Positions 1 through 9,788 of a stretch of DNA of 64,000 nt are shown here, piece after piece. The translations under genes and the position numbers were made by a program. Source of the DNA: Candidatus Heimdallarchaeota archaeon (GTDB lineage: Archaea > Asgardarchaeota > Heimdallarchaeia > Hodarchaeales > Hodarchaeaceae); the NCBI GenBank assembly GCA_011364965.1, contig RDOB01000003.1:192001-256000 (forward strand), given 5' to 3'. How positions within the stretch are numbered: position 1 is the stretch's first letter; each line of letters opens with the position of its first letter. The notes beneath the pieces are model-generated. The model was not told the DNA's origin and ran no database searches. It saw nothing but the letters and a program-made list of their open reading frames with translations.

Positions 1-23
1 AAGATTTCATTTATTAACAACCT

Positions 24-431
24 TCATTTTTTCTTTTGATCGGTAATTTCTTGGTACCAATTATATACAAACGAATGATAATCAAAGTATGTATCAATCA
101 TCTCCTCGATCATATCTTCACCTTTCAAAGTAATAGTATAAATTCTCCGGGGTAAACCAGGAGAATCATTATCATCAGCAAGGATTGAAGAAATTAATCC
201 ATCCTTTTCCAACCGACTTAATAAGGGATAGATAGTCCCAGCTTTTAATTCAATACCAGTCTCTCGAATGAGTTTGATAAGACCATATCCATGAGCTTCT
301 TCTGTACGTAAGCGAATTAACATCAGTATCATTAGCTGAAGAAGCCCACGTCGAAGATCACGTTCCCAACTTTTAGTGATAGCAGATCTAGGACGAGGGT
401 TTGTCATAGTTCGATTTTTGTCTTCAGACAT
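24..431 (-). CDS. PadR-family transcriptional regulator
   Basis: RRGLLQLMILMLI...HGYGLIK...GTIYPLLSRLEKDGLI...RRIYTIT.KG is the PadR wHTH signature. Confidence 0.93.
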   Translation of the reverse strand: MSEDKNRTMTNPRPRSAITKSWERDLRRGLLQLMILMLIRLRTEEAHGYGLIKLIRETGIELKAGTIYPLLSRLEKDGLISSILADDNDSPGLPRRIYTITLKGEDMIEEMIDTYFDYHSFVYNWYQEITDQKKK

Positions 432-516
432 GGGATTCCTAGCCTATGTTGGAATTCGATTGGAATGTATGTGAGTTACGAGGAGATATTATATGTTTCA
501 AACGCTGTTAGTGCAC

Positions 517-541
517 CTATATATCGGTATACATTATATAG
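517..541. promoter_or_regulatory. Inverted repeat CTATATA-N11-TATATAG upstream of PadR; candidate autoregulatory operator
   Basis: Perfect 7-bp arms, extended imperfectly by GCAC/GTGC, 86 bp upstream of the PadR start. Confidence 0.45.
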
Positions 542-631
542 TTGTGCTTTATAAATTGCACGATTCATCCATCTATAACGGATGTAATGCATATCATTTG
601 ACGAATGGTCAGCGATGGGACTAACATTGGA

Positions 632-1735
632 CTAGGGATTAAAAGAGACGACCTTATAGGGAGGGAGGAACGCAAAATATTTCTGAATAATGCCATCCGC
701 TTTCGCAAATTGGCTTATTTCGCCCGAATCTAGCGTGGGGCCAAAAAGCTGCACAAATTCTCTTGTAAATTCTTTCAATGCTGACTGAATTAATTTGGAT
801 GACCGATCTGCTATCAAAAATCCCACTACATTTTGACAAGCTTCGAAAATAAAGAGATAGTTATCAGTTTGAATGTATCTGATCCGCTCTGCGTCTGAGA
901 TGACATTTTGGACAAATTGAAGGTTAGCAGTCATCAGATGAGGAATAAGGGTATTACTATCAGGACCCAGTTTTTTCGCTTCGAAAAGAACATCAAAAAT
1001 CGATAACCCTAGATTCATGTTCATAACAGACAAGCGGTAAACATTGAAAGGCACCATTCGCAAAACGCGCTCATCCCGGATAATTGAAACTAAAGCTAGC
1101 AAGACTCCGAGAGCAATTGTAAACATTTCTATCCCCCAGATAGCTAATGAGATTTTTGATGCTATTAAAAACGCAGGGCCTAATATTGGCAACAAACAAC
1201 CGACAAAGAGTAACAATGAAGATTTCAAGAGCTCAGAACGAATGAATGGAATAAATTGAAGTATTTGATAACTTACGACCACCCCTGCTAGGAATAGATC
1301 TACTCCAAAAACTATCCGAGAAAAATCTGCTAAATATGGACCAATTACTGGATCCCACCAGACCGTATCTGGTATAAAAGCTAAGACAATTCCATTCCCT
1401 GCTCCTAAAGCTGCAAGAATTAAGATTGAATTTGATGGCTTTTCGAATCGCAATGCTTCTAAGAAGAAGATTAAGGTACAGACTATCAAGCATAGAAAGA
1501 GAATGGACGTACGAAAAATGAAATCCATTTGTACGGGATAATTTGTTCCAATTAAATATAAAATGGCATGAGAAAGGAAAAAAGGCACTAAAAAAATATG
1601 TATTAGTATCAGGTAGACTAATGGAAGGGATTTAATCTTTCTGTATACTCGTAATGCAAAAAAAAGGTCAATAAGAGTTAATCCTAATGAGACCAAGGCA
1701 ATAGCTGTATATTGGAACTCATTAGGTGAAAGCAT
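632..1735 (-). CDS. 7-TM membrane protein with C-terminal longin/roadblock-like domain
   Basis: Seven hydrophobic segments followed by a ~140-aa soluble domain (PFNVYRLSVMN..GLSIF...FAFLPPY); paralog of 43333..44430. Confidence 0.7.
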   Translation of the reverse strand: MLSPNEFQYTAIALVSLGLTLIDLFFALRVYRKIKSLPLVYLILIHIFLVPFFLSHAILYLIGTNYPVQMDFIFRTSILFLCLIVCTLIFFLEALRFEKPSNSILILAALGAGNGIVLAFIPDTVWWDPVIGPYLADFSRIVFGVDLFLAGVVVSYQILQFIPFIRSELLKSSLLLFVGCLLPILGPAFLIASKISLAIWGIEMFTIALGVLLALVSIIRDERVLRMVPFNVYRLSVMNMNLGLSIFDVLFEAKKLGPDSNTLIPHLMTANLQFVQNVISDAERIRYIQTDNYLFIFEACQNVVGFLIADRSSKLIQSALKEFTREFVQLFGPTLDSGEISQFAKADGIIQKYFAFLPPYKVVSFNP

Positions 1736-2067
1736 GTGAAAAACTATGAGTGCTTCTCTATTTAAGATTTCGATTTACATTATTGATGCAATTTAATTAA
1801 GATAAACCGTATAAAATAAGATTTCTTACCTTAAAAGGCCAATTTTTGGTCTGAAAAAATCAGAAGCTAGATTTCTAATGGCATCGATAGAATCCAAACC
1901 AGAATTAAAGCTATTATTATCAATTGAAGCATTTAAAGGGATAGATTCAATGATATTGGAAGTTGAGTTGTAGTTCTATTCCGTAATAATAATTCTCTTA
2001 AATAAAAAATTTTATTTGAATTACAAAGAATATACTTGAATTTTTAATTGTGAGGAAGTAAATAAAT

Positions 2068-2316
2068 ATGTCTTATTGTCCAAATTGCGGTACTGAAGTA
2101 GGAGGAGCAAAATTTTGTCCAAACTGTGGAGCTGCTCAAGGAAGTTTTGAAGGTTCAGGGCCAAGAGGCGCCACTAGAGAACCACAACATGTATATGTTT
2201 CTACTCGTCATCAATATGATGATGGGATTTGTTTACTACTTTGCTGTTGTTTGAGTCCAGTAGCTGCTATTATCTACTACTTGCTAGCAGAACATCCCGA
2301 TCAACGTTATGATTAA
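2068..2316 (+). CDS. Small double zinc-ribbon protein with Cys-rich C-terminal membrane segment
   Basis: YCPNCG and FCPNCG, then GICLLLCCCLSPVAAIIYYLL; GAGGA upstream. Confidence 0.8.
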   Translation: MSYCPNCGTEVGGAKFCPNCGAAQGSFEGSGPRGATREPQHVYVSTRHQYDDGICLLLCCCLSPVAAIIYYLLAEHPDQRYD

Positions 2317-2354
2317 TAATAATTAGTACATTTTATCATTTAGTACTGAAAATT

Positions 2355-2888
2355 ATGGCAAATACAAAACTCAATAGACTTAAGGGGTTCATTCGCTATT
2401 CTCTAGCGCATCACCCAATTTGCTGGCAGTATAGAAATCATCTAATTAAATTTAAAGGATGGTACTTTTGCTTAGGATGCACAGGGTTCTATAGCGGCTT
2501 TCTCGCTGGTATAGTTCTGATCTTTGGAGGTTTATTTAGTAAGATTTCTTGGATAAATCTCATCTTCATCGCAATCATCTTTTGGATTCCCACTATACTC
2601 AGATTAGTAAATATTAAGTATTTCAACACCCCTAAAAGGTCACTAAGACTAATTTTTCGTTTTCTATTAGGAATAGGTATTGCTTTAGGTATTTATTCTA
2701 TTTTTTTTGCTCCTACACCTCTCTTACAAATTATTCAGATATTAATTGGCCTTCTATTCTATGGTATTATCACTGTATATCGCGTAAGGAATGGCCCCCA
2801 AGAATGGAATCGCCTTTGTGAAACATGTACATTTACAAGGAACAAATCTTGCCCAGGTTTGAGTCCATTATTTATTTGGAGAACTTAA
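2355..2888 (+). CDS. Membrane protein with metal-binding Cys/His motifs (DUF2085-like)
   Basis: LAHHPIC...FCLGCTGFYSG, 4 TM segments, C-terminal CETC...CPG. Confidence 0.6.
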   Translation: MANTKLNRLKGFIRYSLAHHPICWQYRNHLIKFKGWYFCLGCTGFYSGFLAGIVLIFGGLFSKISWINLIFIAIIFWIPTILRLVNIKYFNTPKRSLRLIFRFLLGIGIALGIYSIFFAPTPLLQIIQILIGLLFYGIITVYRVRNGPQEWNRLCETCTFTRNKSCPGLSPLFIWRT

Positions 2889-3287
2889 AATTACACAAAT
2901 TAGTCAGCTTTCTGCTTTCGGTTCCCAATAACTCTAAAAATTTTGGAATTAATTTTGAAAGATGAACTCCTCCTAAAATTTAATCTAAGACTATAATGTA
3001 TAAATGGAAAATTGTTCATTTTATCCCTACGATTATATGTCAATAAATCCACTTTGGTTTCATTTTCATCATAAATGCTTCTAATTCCTAAAAAAGAACG
3101 AAATATGGCTTTTCCGCCTTTTAGATAAACATTTAAATACTAATATTTTGTTTTCTAAGCAGGGAATATTTAGAAATCTATAATCAAGAGAAAAGACTTG
3201 ATGTAAAATAATATAGACATCTGTCTTCAAAATATCTAAAAGTACCAAAAATAAGGAAAATATATCGTAAAAGAGCTTGAAATCGAA

Positions 3288-4355
3288 ATGAGTAGGAATT
3301 CTCGTAAAAAATCCCCAAATAAGACAATTACTGAAATTGATTCGACTCTAAAAGAGCCGTTAGATATTGTTAGAGATGTAAAGACTGATACGAGACTGGT
3401 TAAACTCCAAAAGATGGTCGGACGTACGACTTTCACCGAATCCAGAAATCTAGCTACATTAATCCCCTGTGAACGATTATACTTAAAATTTGAAGGAAAT
3501 AATCCAACTGGAACCCAAAAGGATCGTATAGCGGTAGCTCTTGCTAACAGCTGTGCTAAACTTCCATATGGAGGAATTACAACTGCTTCATGTGGCAATT
3601 TCGGAGCTGCAATCGCATATGCCTCGAATTATTATCGCATTCCCGAGATTCACATTTTTATCCCTCGAAATTATCATGTTCCCAAAAGTAGATTGAAGAT
3701 TATCAATGATAGTAATGCAATTATCCACTTGGTAGATGGAACTTACGAAGAAGCGGTGATATTATCCTCTACCATGGCACGAGAGAACAATTGGTTTGAT
3801 GCAAATCCAGGAATGAACGGTACATCGGAAATAAGTATTAACGCTTATGCTGAAATAGCTTTTGAGATAATTAGTGACTTACGTCGGGCACCTGATTATG
3901 TTCTATGTCCAGTTGGAAATGGTACCACTATTGCAGGCATTCATCTTGGATTCAAGAAACTTTTTGATTCTAAAAGAATTCCAAAACTCCCTAAAATGGT
4001 TGCATGTAGCACTAGACGTGGAAATCCAATAGTAAAATCGTATAAAATGAAAAGTCGAATTATAAAAGACCTGACACCACAAGACATTGTAGAGACCAAA
4101 ATTAACGAACCTCTCACCAATTGGCATTCGTTTGATGGACAAGAGGCTTTAGATGCTTTATATGAATCCGGAGGTTTCGCTGAAACTGCTAGTGAAACAA
4201 AGATGCTTGAATTTACTCGTAGTCTTAGAATTGAAGAAGGATTGAATGTACATCCCGCTTCTGCTTGTACACTTGCGGTATTAGCTAAAACCACTAGTAA
4301 TAATGTAATGCTGAAAGGTACATTTATATGCATCCTAACTTCAAGATATACTTGA
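3288..4355 (+). CDS. PLP-dependent enzyme, fold type II (threonine synthase-like)
   Basis: LKFEGNNPTGTQKDR (PLP Lys), ASCGNFG, PVGNGT. Confidence 0.88.
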   Translation: MSRNSRKKSPNKTITEIDSTLKEPLDIVRDVKTDTRLVKLQKMVGRTTFTESRNLATLIPCERLYLKFEGNNPTGTQKDRIAVALANSCAKLPYGGITTASCGNFGAAIAYASNYYRIPEIHIFIPRNYHVPKSRLKIINDSNAIIHLVDGTYEEAVILSSTMARENNWFDANPGMNGTSEISINAYAEIAFEIISDLRRAPDYVLCPVGNGTTIAGIHLGFKKLFDSKRIPKLPKMVACSTRRGNPIVKSYKMKSRIIKDLTPQDIVETKINEPLTNWHSFDGQEALDALYESGGFAETASETKMLEFTRSLRIEEGLNVHPASACTLAVLAKTTSNNVMLKGTFICILTSRYT

Positions 4356-4456
4356 AATCTCGAATCAAAGACAGTAATTCTTTCCTTTAACTGTCTAATA
4401 AACAAATAATTGGAAAGAATCTCTCAGTTTTTACTCTACTTCATTAACAAAGAAAA

Positions 4457-5602
4457 TCAATTAAACCTAAATTCCTTTTTCTTTACAGTAATTTTTTCTA
4501 TTCTCTCAAGATCCAGTTCAATCCCAAGTCCTACGCTATTTTGAGGAACATTAACCATCCCATTTATAGACTGAATTGGAGGATCAATAATATCTTGTAA
4601 AAATAATGTGTCGCTACCACTAGAATCACTAGGATAATTGTATTCATCTTGTGCCTCTAAAAATAAGTTAACCATTCCACCAATACCAGTTTCGAGCATA
4701 CCTCCTCCCCAGCAACCAATTTGATTTTCAGAACAAAATTTGGCAATCTTTACTGCATCTGCTATCCCACCAACTCGGGTTACTTTAATATTAATACATT
4801 GACATGATTTTATATGATATGCCCGTTTTGTGTCAGCGAATGATGTGATCGATTCATCTAAGCATATTGGTGTCTTTAATTCCTTTTGTAATCTACTATG
4901 ATTCACGAGATCATTAAAGGCAAGTGGTTGCTCTATCATCATCAAATTGAATTGGTCTAATTTTTTAAGGTGATTCATATCTTCTATAGTATATCCACCA
5001 TTTGCGTCAACCATTAAAGGTAAATTATCACCATATTCTTTTCTTAATGCTTCTAGAGGTATAGTATCCCAGCTATATGGCTTAATTTTAATTTTAATTC
5101 TTTTATAACCAGCATTCATTGAATCCGTAACTTCTTCAAATAATTGATTTATATCGTTGTTATTTGGAATTCCCAAACTGATTCCCACAGGAACACTCGT
5201 TCTTTTACTTCCAATAAGCTTCCCCAAAGAACAATTTTGCTGTTCGGCCTTTAATACCCAATAAGCCATTCCAAATCCACCTTTAGTGATGGGATGGCCA
5301 CGAATAGGATGAAAAATTTGTTGAAATTTAATAGGATCGGTTAATTCTCTGCTTTTTACCTTTTTTTTTAGTAAAGGTAACATAAAATCATTTAAAATAT
5401 GCCATCCTGTCATAGTTGTTTCATAACAATAAGAAGGATCATATGTTAATGGTATTTCTCCCCATCCAGATAAGCCTTCCTCATCGATAAGCTCCACTAA
5501 AATAGATTCATTATGAGTTTGTACGCCAAAACTCATATAAAATGGTTCAATTAAAGGTAAACGTACCTCACGTAAAATGACCTTGTTTAACATCAATACC
5601 AC
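4457..5602 (-). CDS. menC: o-succinylbenzoate synthase / N-acylamino acid racemase (NSAR/OSBS, enolase superfamily)
   Basis: KIKIK, DANG, EQP, LDES, NIK, GGMLETGIG; no men genes nearby, so a racemase role is likely. Confidence 0.85.
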   Translation of the reverse strand: MVLMLNKVILREVRLPLIEPFYMSFGVQTHNESILVELIDEEGLSGWGEIPLTYDPSYCYETTMTGWHILNDFMLPLLKKKVKSRELTDPIKFQQIFHPIRGHPITKGGFGMAYWVLKAEQQNCSLGKLIGSKRTSVPVGISLGIPNNNDINQLFEEVTDSMNAGYKRIKIKIKPYSWDTIPLEALRKEYGDNLPLMVDANGGYTIEDMNHLKKLDQFNLMMIEQPLAFNDLVNHSRLQKELKTPICLDESITSFADTKRAYHIKSCQCINIKVTRVGGIADAVKIAKFCSENQIGCWGGGMLETGIGGMVNLFLEAQDEYNYPSDSSGSDTLFLQDIIDPPIQSINGMVNVPQNSVGLGIELDLERIEKITVKKKEFRFN

Positions 5603-5678
5603 AACTTACGAATAGTAAATAATTTTAAAAAGTTTTAGATTTCTTTCTAAATAGATAAACATAACTGGGCAGATTATT

Positions 5679-6734
5679 TTGGAAAACTATTTAGATTCTA
5701 AGAAATTTAAGGGCACAATTTTGGCGAAAAAAAATGATGAAATAGTTTTTGCTCGAGCAACAGGTTTTGCTAACTTATCTTTTCATGTTCCAAACAACAT
5801 GGAAACTATATATGGTATTGCTTCTATTGGGAAGTTACTCACCGCTATAGGTATTTTATTTTTATTAAAAGAAAAAAATATGAGAACAACTGACGCCATA
5901 TATCCATATTTAGAGATGCTTGATGCTGATATACCGAAACCATTAACTTTTCACCATTTACTGACACATACAAGTGGAGTCGAACGTTATTACACAATCG
6001 ATCCATATTTCCACGACCAGACATCTGGGAACCAAGATCAATGGAAAACATTCTGGAAAAAACACCCTAATTTCTTATTACAAACACCAATTGATTATCT
6101 CCCTTACTTAAATGATGTAGATTTCTTTTATCCAATTGGTGAGACTTTTTACTATACCAATACATCTTATATTTTACTTGGTATTCTAATTCAAGTCCTA
6201 AGTGGGCAAACATATAGTGAATATGTAACACACCGAGTAATAAAGAGGCTTAAATTAGAAAGAACCTTGTTTTTGGCTTTTGATGAAGTATATGAAAATG
6301 TTGCAGAAGGATATACACCCTTTTATCATCAAGGGATTATTAAAGGGTGGAAAAAGAACATTTATCGATTACCTATTGTTGGTTCGGCAGATGGTGGGAT
6401 TTTTAGTAATGTTTATGATTTAGATAAATTAATCAGTGAACTAAGAAATAAAAATGGCATACTATCTGATATTACCTATGATATTCTCCATCCCCACGTT
6501 CTAATGAAAAATGAGGAATCATGGAAATCCTTTTATGGTTATGGAATTACTATGATGTATCATGAAGGGGAGCTCTTTCGATATGGATTAGCAGGAGGGG
6601 ATTTTGGAGTGGCTGCTGGAGCTTATTATTACCCTAAAGAGCAATTATCTATAATTATATTATCTAATTATAATACGAGTGATGATAATTGGATGTTTAA
6701 CAAGGAATTTCATATGCAGTTCTTAGATCTTTAG
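5679..6734 (+). CDS. Serine hydrolase, beta-lactamase/D-peptidase family
   Basis: SxxK (ASIGK), LLTHTSG, YxN (YTN), GSADGGIFS; no signal peptide. Confidence 0.9.
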   Translation: MENYLDSKKFKGTILAKKNDEIVFARATGFANLSFHVPNNMETIYGIASIGKLLTAIGILFLLKEKNMRTTDAIYPYLEMLDADIPKPLTFHHLLTHTSGVERYYTIDPYFHDQTSGNQDQWKTFWKKHPNFLLQTPIDYLPYLNDVDFFYPIGETFYYTNTSYILLGILIQVLSGQTYSEYVTHRVIKRLKLERTLFLAFDEVYENVAEGYTPFYHQGIIKGWKKNIYRLPIVGSADGGIFSNVYDLDKLISELRNKNGILSDITYDILHPHVLMKNEESWKSFYGYGITMMYHEGELFRYGLAGGDFGVAAGAYYYPKEQLSIIILSNYNTSDDNWMFNKEFHMQFLDL

Positions 6735-7252
6735 AATCGACATTCCATTGTAATATCCCCTTTTTCATCTTCATTGATAACCTTAAATCCAAATTTCTCG
6801 TAATAGGTTTTCAGTAATATCCCACGTTCTGTAGATAATTCAGTATCCAATTTAATCCCCGTAAATCCATTCATTTTTGTCCAATTAATAAGATATTTCA
6901 TAATCGAGGCACCAATCCCTTTTTTAGCAATGATTGTAGCGATTGTATCAAGGTAGAATAGATTAGAGTCACTATTAGGTTCTCTATAACCTAGCAGAAC
7001 CGCAATAGGATCTCTTCCCTTTATAACAAAAAAAAATAATCTTTTTGAATATTGAAACCTAGTTTGAAGCTCTTCTTTTGTATAGCGTAAATCCTCTCTG
7101 AAATCAGCTCTCTCAATGTTAAAATACCAGTTCATAAATTTCTTTGTCAAACGATCGGGAAAAATTAGTTTCATTGGAGTTTGTAGCTTTTCCTGCAGCT
7201 CTATTTCTAAATTCTTCCAATAAGAAGGATTAATGTTTGTCATCTTGATCAT
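6731..7252 (-). CDS. GNAT-family N-acyltransferase
   Basis: YLDTIA...KKGIGASIM, YYEKFGF. Confidence 0.85.
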   Translation of the reverse strand: MIKMTNINPSYWKNLEIELQEKLQTPMKLIFPDRLTKKFMNWYFNIERADFREDLRYTKEELQTRFQYSKRLFFFVIKGRDPIAVLLGYREPNSDSNLFYLDTIATIIAKKGIGASIMKYLINWTKMNGFTGIKLDTELSTERGILLKTYYEKFGFKVINEDEKGDITMECRF

Positions 7253-7320
7253 TTAAATAAGATTATTTTAAAAAATTCATATAAAACCATATTAAATTGA
7301 AATCTGAATTTAAAGGATTA

Positions 7321-8316
7321 TCAGATTTCTAGTTTGTATCTTTTACAAGCGGATTTTATTAATCGTAAAATTAAATCATTATAAGGATAACCACTTTTAA
7401 TAGCCATATAAGGATAAAATGAGAAATCTTTATTTTCTAAGTCAAAATCCATTCCAGGCAATGGATTTATTTCAAGAGTATAAATCTGGTTATTTTTATC
7501 CATCCGAAAATCAATTCTAGCGAAATCTTTTATATCTAGAACTTTACAAATATTCAGAGATGTGTCAACAAGTTGCATAGATAACTTATCTGTAATATTC
7601 GCTGGACAAATGTAGTGATCTAGATCATCGTATGTAGTTTTAGCGCGCTGACCAAAAACTCCACCAACTTCTGAAGGTAATTGAGAAAAGTCAATTTCCA
7701 AAATAGAGAGAACCTCAAATTCTTCATTAATTCCCCCAATTACACCAACACTAAATTCTCTTCCTTGGATAAATTCTTCGACTAATATTGGTTGTCGATA
7801 AGTTGCAAACATCTCATTTAGTTTTGTTGTAAGTTGTTGATTATTGTGTACTACATTGTCTTCATTAATTCCTACCGAAGATCCCTCTTCATTTGGCTTT
7901 AGAATAACTGGATTAATCATTTTATAATTTTTAAGATCATCTAAAGTCTTAACGGTAAAGAAATGTGGAGTAGGAATCCCGTGATAAGAAAGTATTTTTT
8001 TTGTCCAGGCTTTGTTTAAACATACTGCCGTTGTTAATACATTTGATCCAATATATGGAATATTAAGCATTTCAAGCATTGCGGGGACATGAGATTCACG
8101 ACTGTCTCCACGTAAACCCTCAGATCTATTAAACACCAGATCGGGTTTAGCTAGTTGTAGATTTGCTACAAAATCTTCATCAGCTTCTATAAAAGAATAT
8201 TCATGACCATTTTTCTCAATCGCATTCCTTATCAATTCAATTGTATGTGGTGGATCATATTCAACTTGAAATTCAGACTCATCCAGTCGGGTATTCACAC
8301 ATAAAGCAATTTTCAT
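7321..8316 (-). CDS. D-Ala-D-Ala ligase-like ATP-grasp enzyme
   Basis: LEMLNIPYIGS, LKPNEEGSSVGI, EEFIQGREFSV, ARIDFR, LEINPLPG. Confidence 0.9.
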   Translation of the reverse strand: MKIALCVNTRLDESEFQVEYDPPHTIELIRNAIEKNGHEYSFIEADEDFVANLQLAKPDLVFNRSEGLRGDSRESHVPAMLEMLNIPYIGSNVLTTAVCLNKAWTKKILSYHGIPTPHFFTVKTLDDLKNYKMINPVILKPNEEGSSVGINEDNVVHNNQQLTTKLNEMFATYRQPILVEEFIQGREFSVGVIGGINEEFEVLSILEIDFSQLPSEVGGVFGQRAKTTYDDLDHYICPANITDKLSMQLVDTSLNICKVLDIKDFARIDFRMDKNNQIYTLEINPLPGMDFDLENKDFSFYPYMAIKSGYPYNDLILRLIKSACKRYKLEI

Positions 8317-8356
8317 TTTGTAACGCTCAATTTTATTATAGTTTTATAATTTATCT

Positions 8357-9730
8357 CTACATTTCAAATAAATTAATTTCTTCACGGAATATTGACATTA
8401 ATTCATTTTTGTACTCTTTAGGAACCGAGATGCTATCATAGATCTTGATAAAAGTATTAAATAATTCATTTTCACGATCTTTCGCTTCTTGATATAATTT
8501 ACTCTCTTTAAATTCCATAACCAAAGGTGAATTATTTCCCCTTTTAGCTGCTAGATAGAAATTAAAAAGCTGTTCATCGCGGCCTAGTCCTGTATTTGCA
8601 TAGGTTAAGGAGGAACTACCTCCAAATAAAGTAAAAAGGTTCTTATTTTGCTTAGAAAGCATATTATGTGTCAATCCAATAGCTTTCGGATCCATACCTC
8701 CTGCAATAGAAAGAAGAAACATCTTTGCACAAACTGAACATTCATGACACCATCTATATTCTTTTCCTGCTTCTGTACTTGTAAAACAACTCATCTGATA
8801 ATCAGCATATTGTGAATAACGTCTAATAAGTATTCGTTGAATAAAAATGTCCATCAGTGGTTCAATTAGACTACCTGTTCGAACTGTTCGGCCTGTAAAT
8901 AATTGAGTGATTTGATCAATATGAGAAGTCCATACATGTGTTTGATCATAACAGGGATATATCCTCCATTTCCCCTCTTCATCAAAATATGTAGCTGCAG
9001 TTGATTGCTCATTCCCGAAAAGAATGTACTTACCTTTAAATGCATAAGCAAATGGGATCAAAGATAACGCATATTCAGTGTTTTGAAGACCCCAGCCAAA
9101 TTCGGACTCAGGGAGACCAAGAAACGTGTAATTCCGTAATTTTCCTGTCTCATGTATTAAAATACTTAATTCTTTATTGAATTCCTTTTGAAATCTTTCT
9201 CCTAAAAGAGTTTTATGTTTTTGTTCATATTTGAGACTATCTTCAACGATATAAATCATCTTTGGATCTAATCCGAGTTCTTCTGCTAAAGCAAATGTTA
9301 GAAGTGAATCTTTCCCAAAACTCATAGATACCAAAGCTCTATAACCATCTTCAACAGGATAATGACCTGGATATAATATATCAGACTCCTTATAAATGAA
9401 ATCTAATGTTAAGAATTTTCGTACCACTTCATCCGTATTCGTTCCATCTACCTCAGTATTAGAGGGGATGTCGAAAATAAAATTTTGGAAAAGATATGGT
9501 TCTAATATTGGACGAGATGTTGAAAATTTTATTCCTGAAACTCCTGGCAATACCATGGGTAAGTGCATTGTTGCAATTAGTGCAAGATTGTCCTTGAAGG
9601 CATTTTTTACAGATTTAGGAACAGAAGACCAAACATTTTGAGGGTATTGTGTTGAAAATTCATTATTATTAAAAAACAAGCTTAATCCAGTATCGTTAAG
9701 TTTTACATCAATTTCTATAATATTTTTCAT
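8357..9730 (-). CDS. Adenine-nucleotide alpha-hydrolase (PP-loop) protein, MurL-like peptide epimerase
   Basis: SFGKDS PP-loop, GNEQS, SLIEPL, MSC, RWCHECSVC; motif order and ~450-aa length resemble MurL. Confidence 0.6.
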   Translation of the reverse strand: MKNIIEIDVKLNDTGLSLFFNNNEFSTQYPQNVWSSVPKSVKNAFKDNLALIATMHLPMVLPGVSGIKFSTSRPILEPYLFQNFIFDIPSNTEVDGTNTDEVVRKFLTLDFIYKESDILYPGHYPVEDGYRALVSMSFGKDSLLTFALAEELGLDPKMIYIVEDSLKYEQKHKTLLGERFQKEFNKELSILIHETGKLRNYTFLGLPESEFGWGLQNTEYALSLIPFAYAFKGKYILFGNEQSTAATYFDEEGKWRIYPCYDQTHVWTSHIDQITQLFTGRTVRTGSLIEPLMDIFIQRILIRRYSQYADYQMSCFTSTEAGKEYRWCHECSVCAKMFLLSIAGGMDPKAIGLTHNMLSKQNKNLFTLFGGSSSLTYANTGLGRDEQLFNFYLAAKRGNNSPLVMEFKESKLYQEAKDRENELFNTFIKIYDSISVPKEYKNELMSIFREEINLFEM

Positions 9731-9788
9731 CGCAGGATACCAAGTACTTGGTGAATCAATGAATAGGGATTAGTAGACAGAACTAAAA

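Noticed and set aside
3941-4405. 154-aa minus-strand ORF and the many other short ORFs nested in or antisense to long genes
   Set aside because: They overlap well-supported genes and lack domain signatures
7321-8316. Calling this true ddl and inferring peptidoglycan synthesis
   Set aside because: Lacks the canonical N-terminal GGxSxEH motif and there are no mur/mra genes in the window
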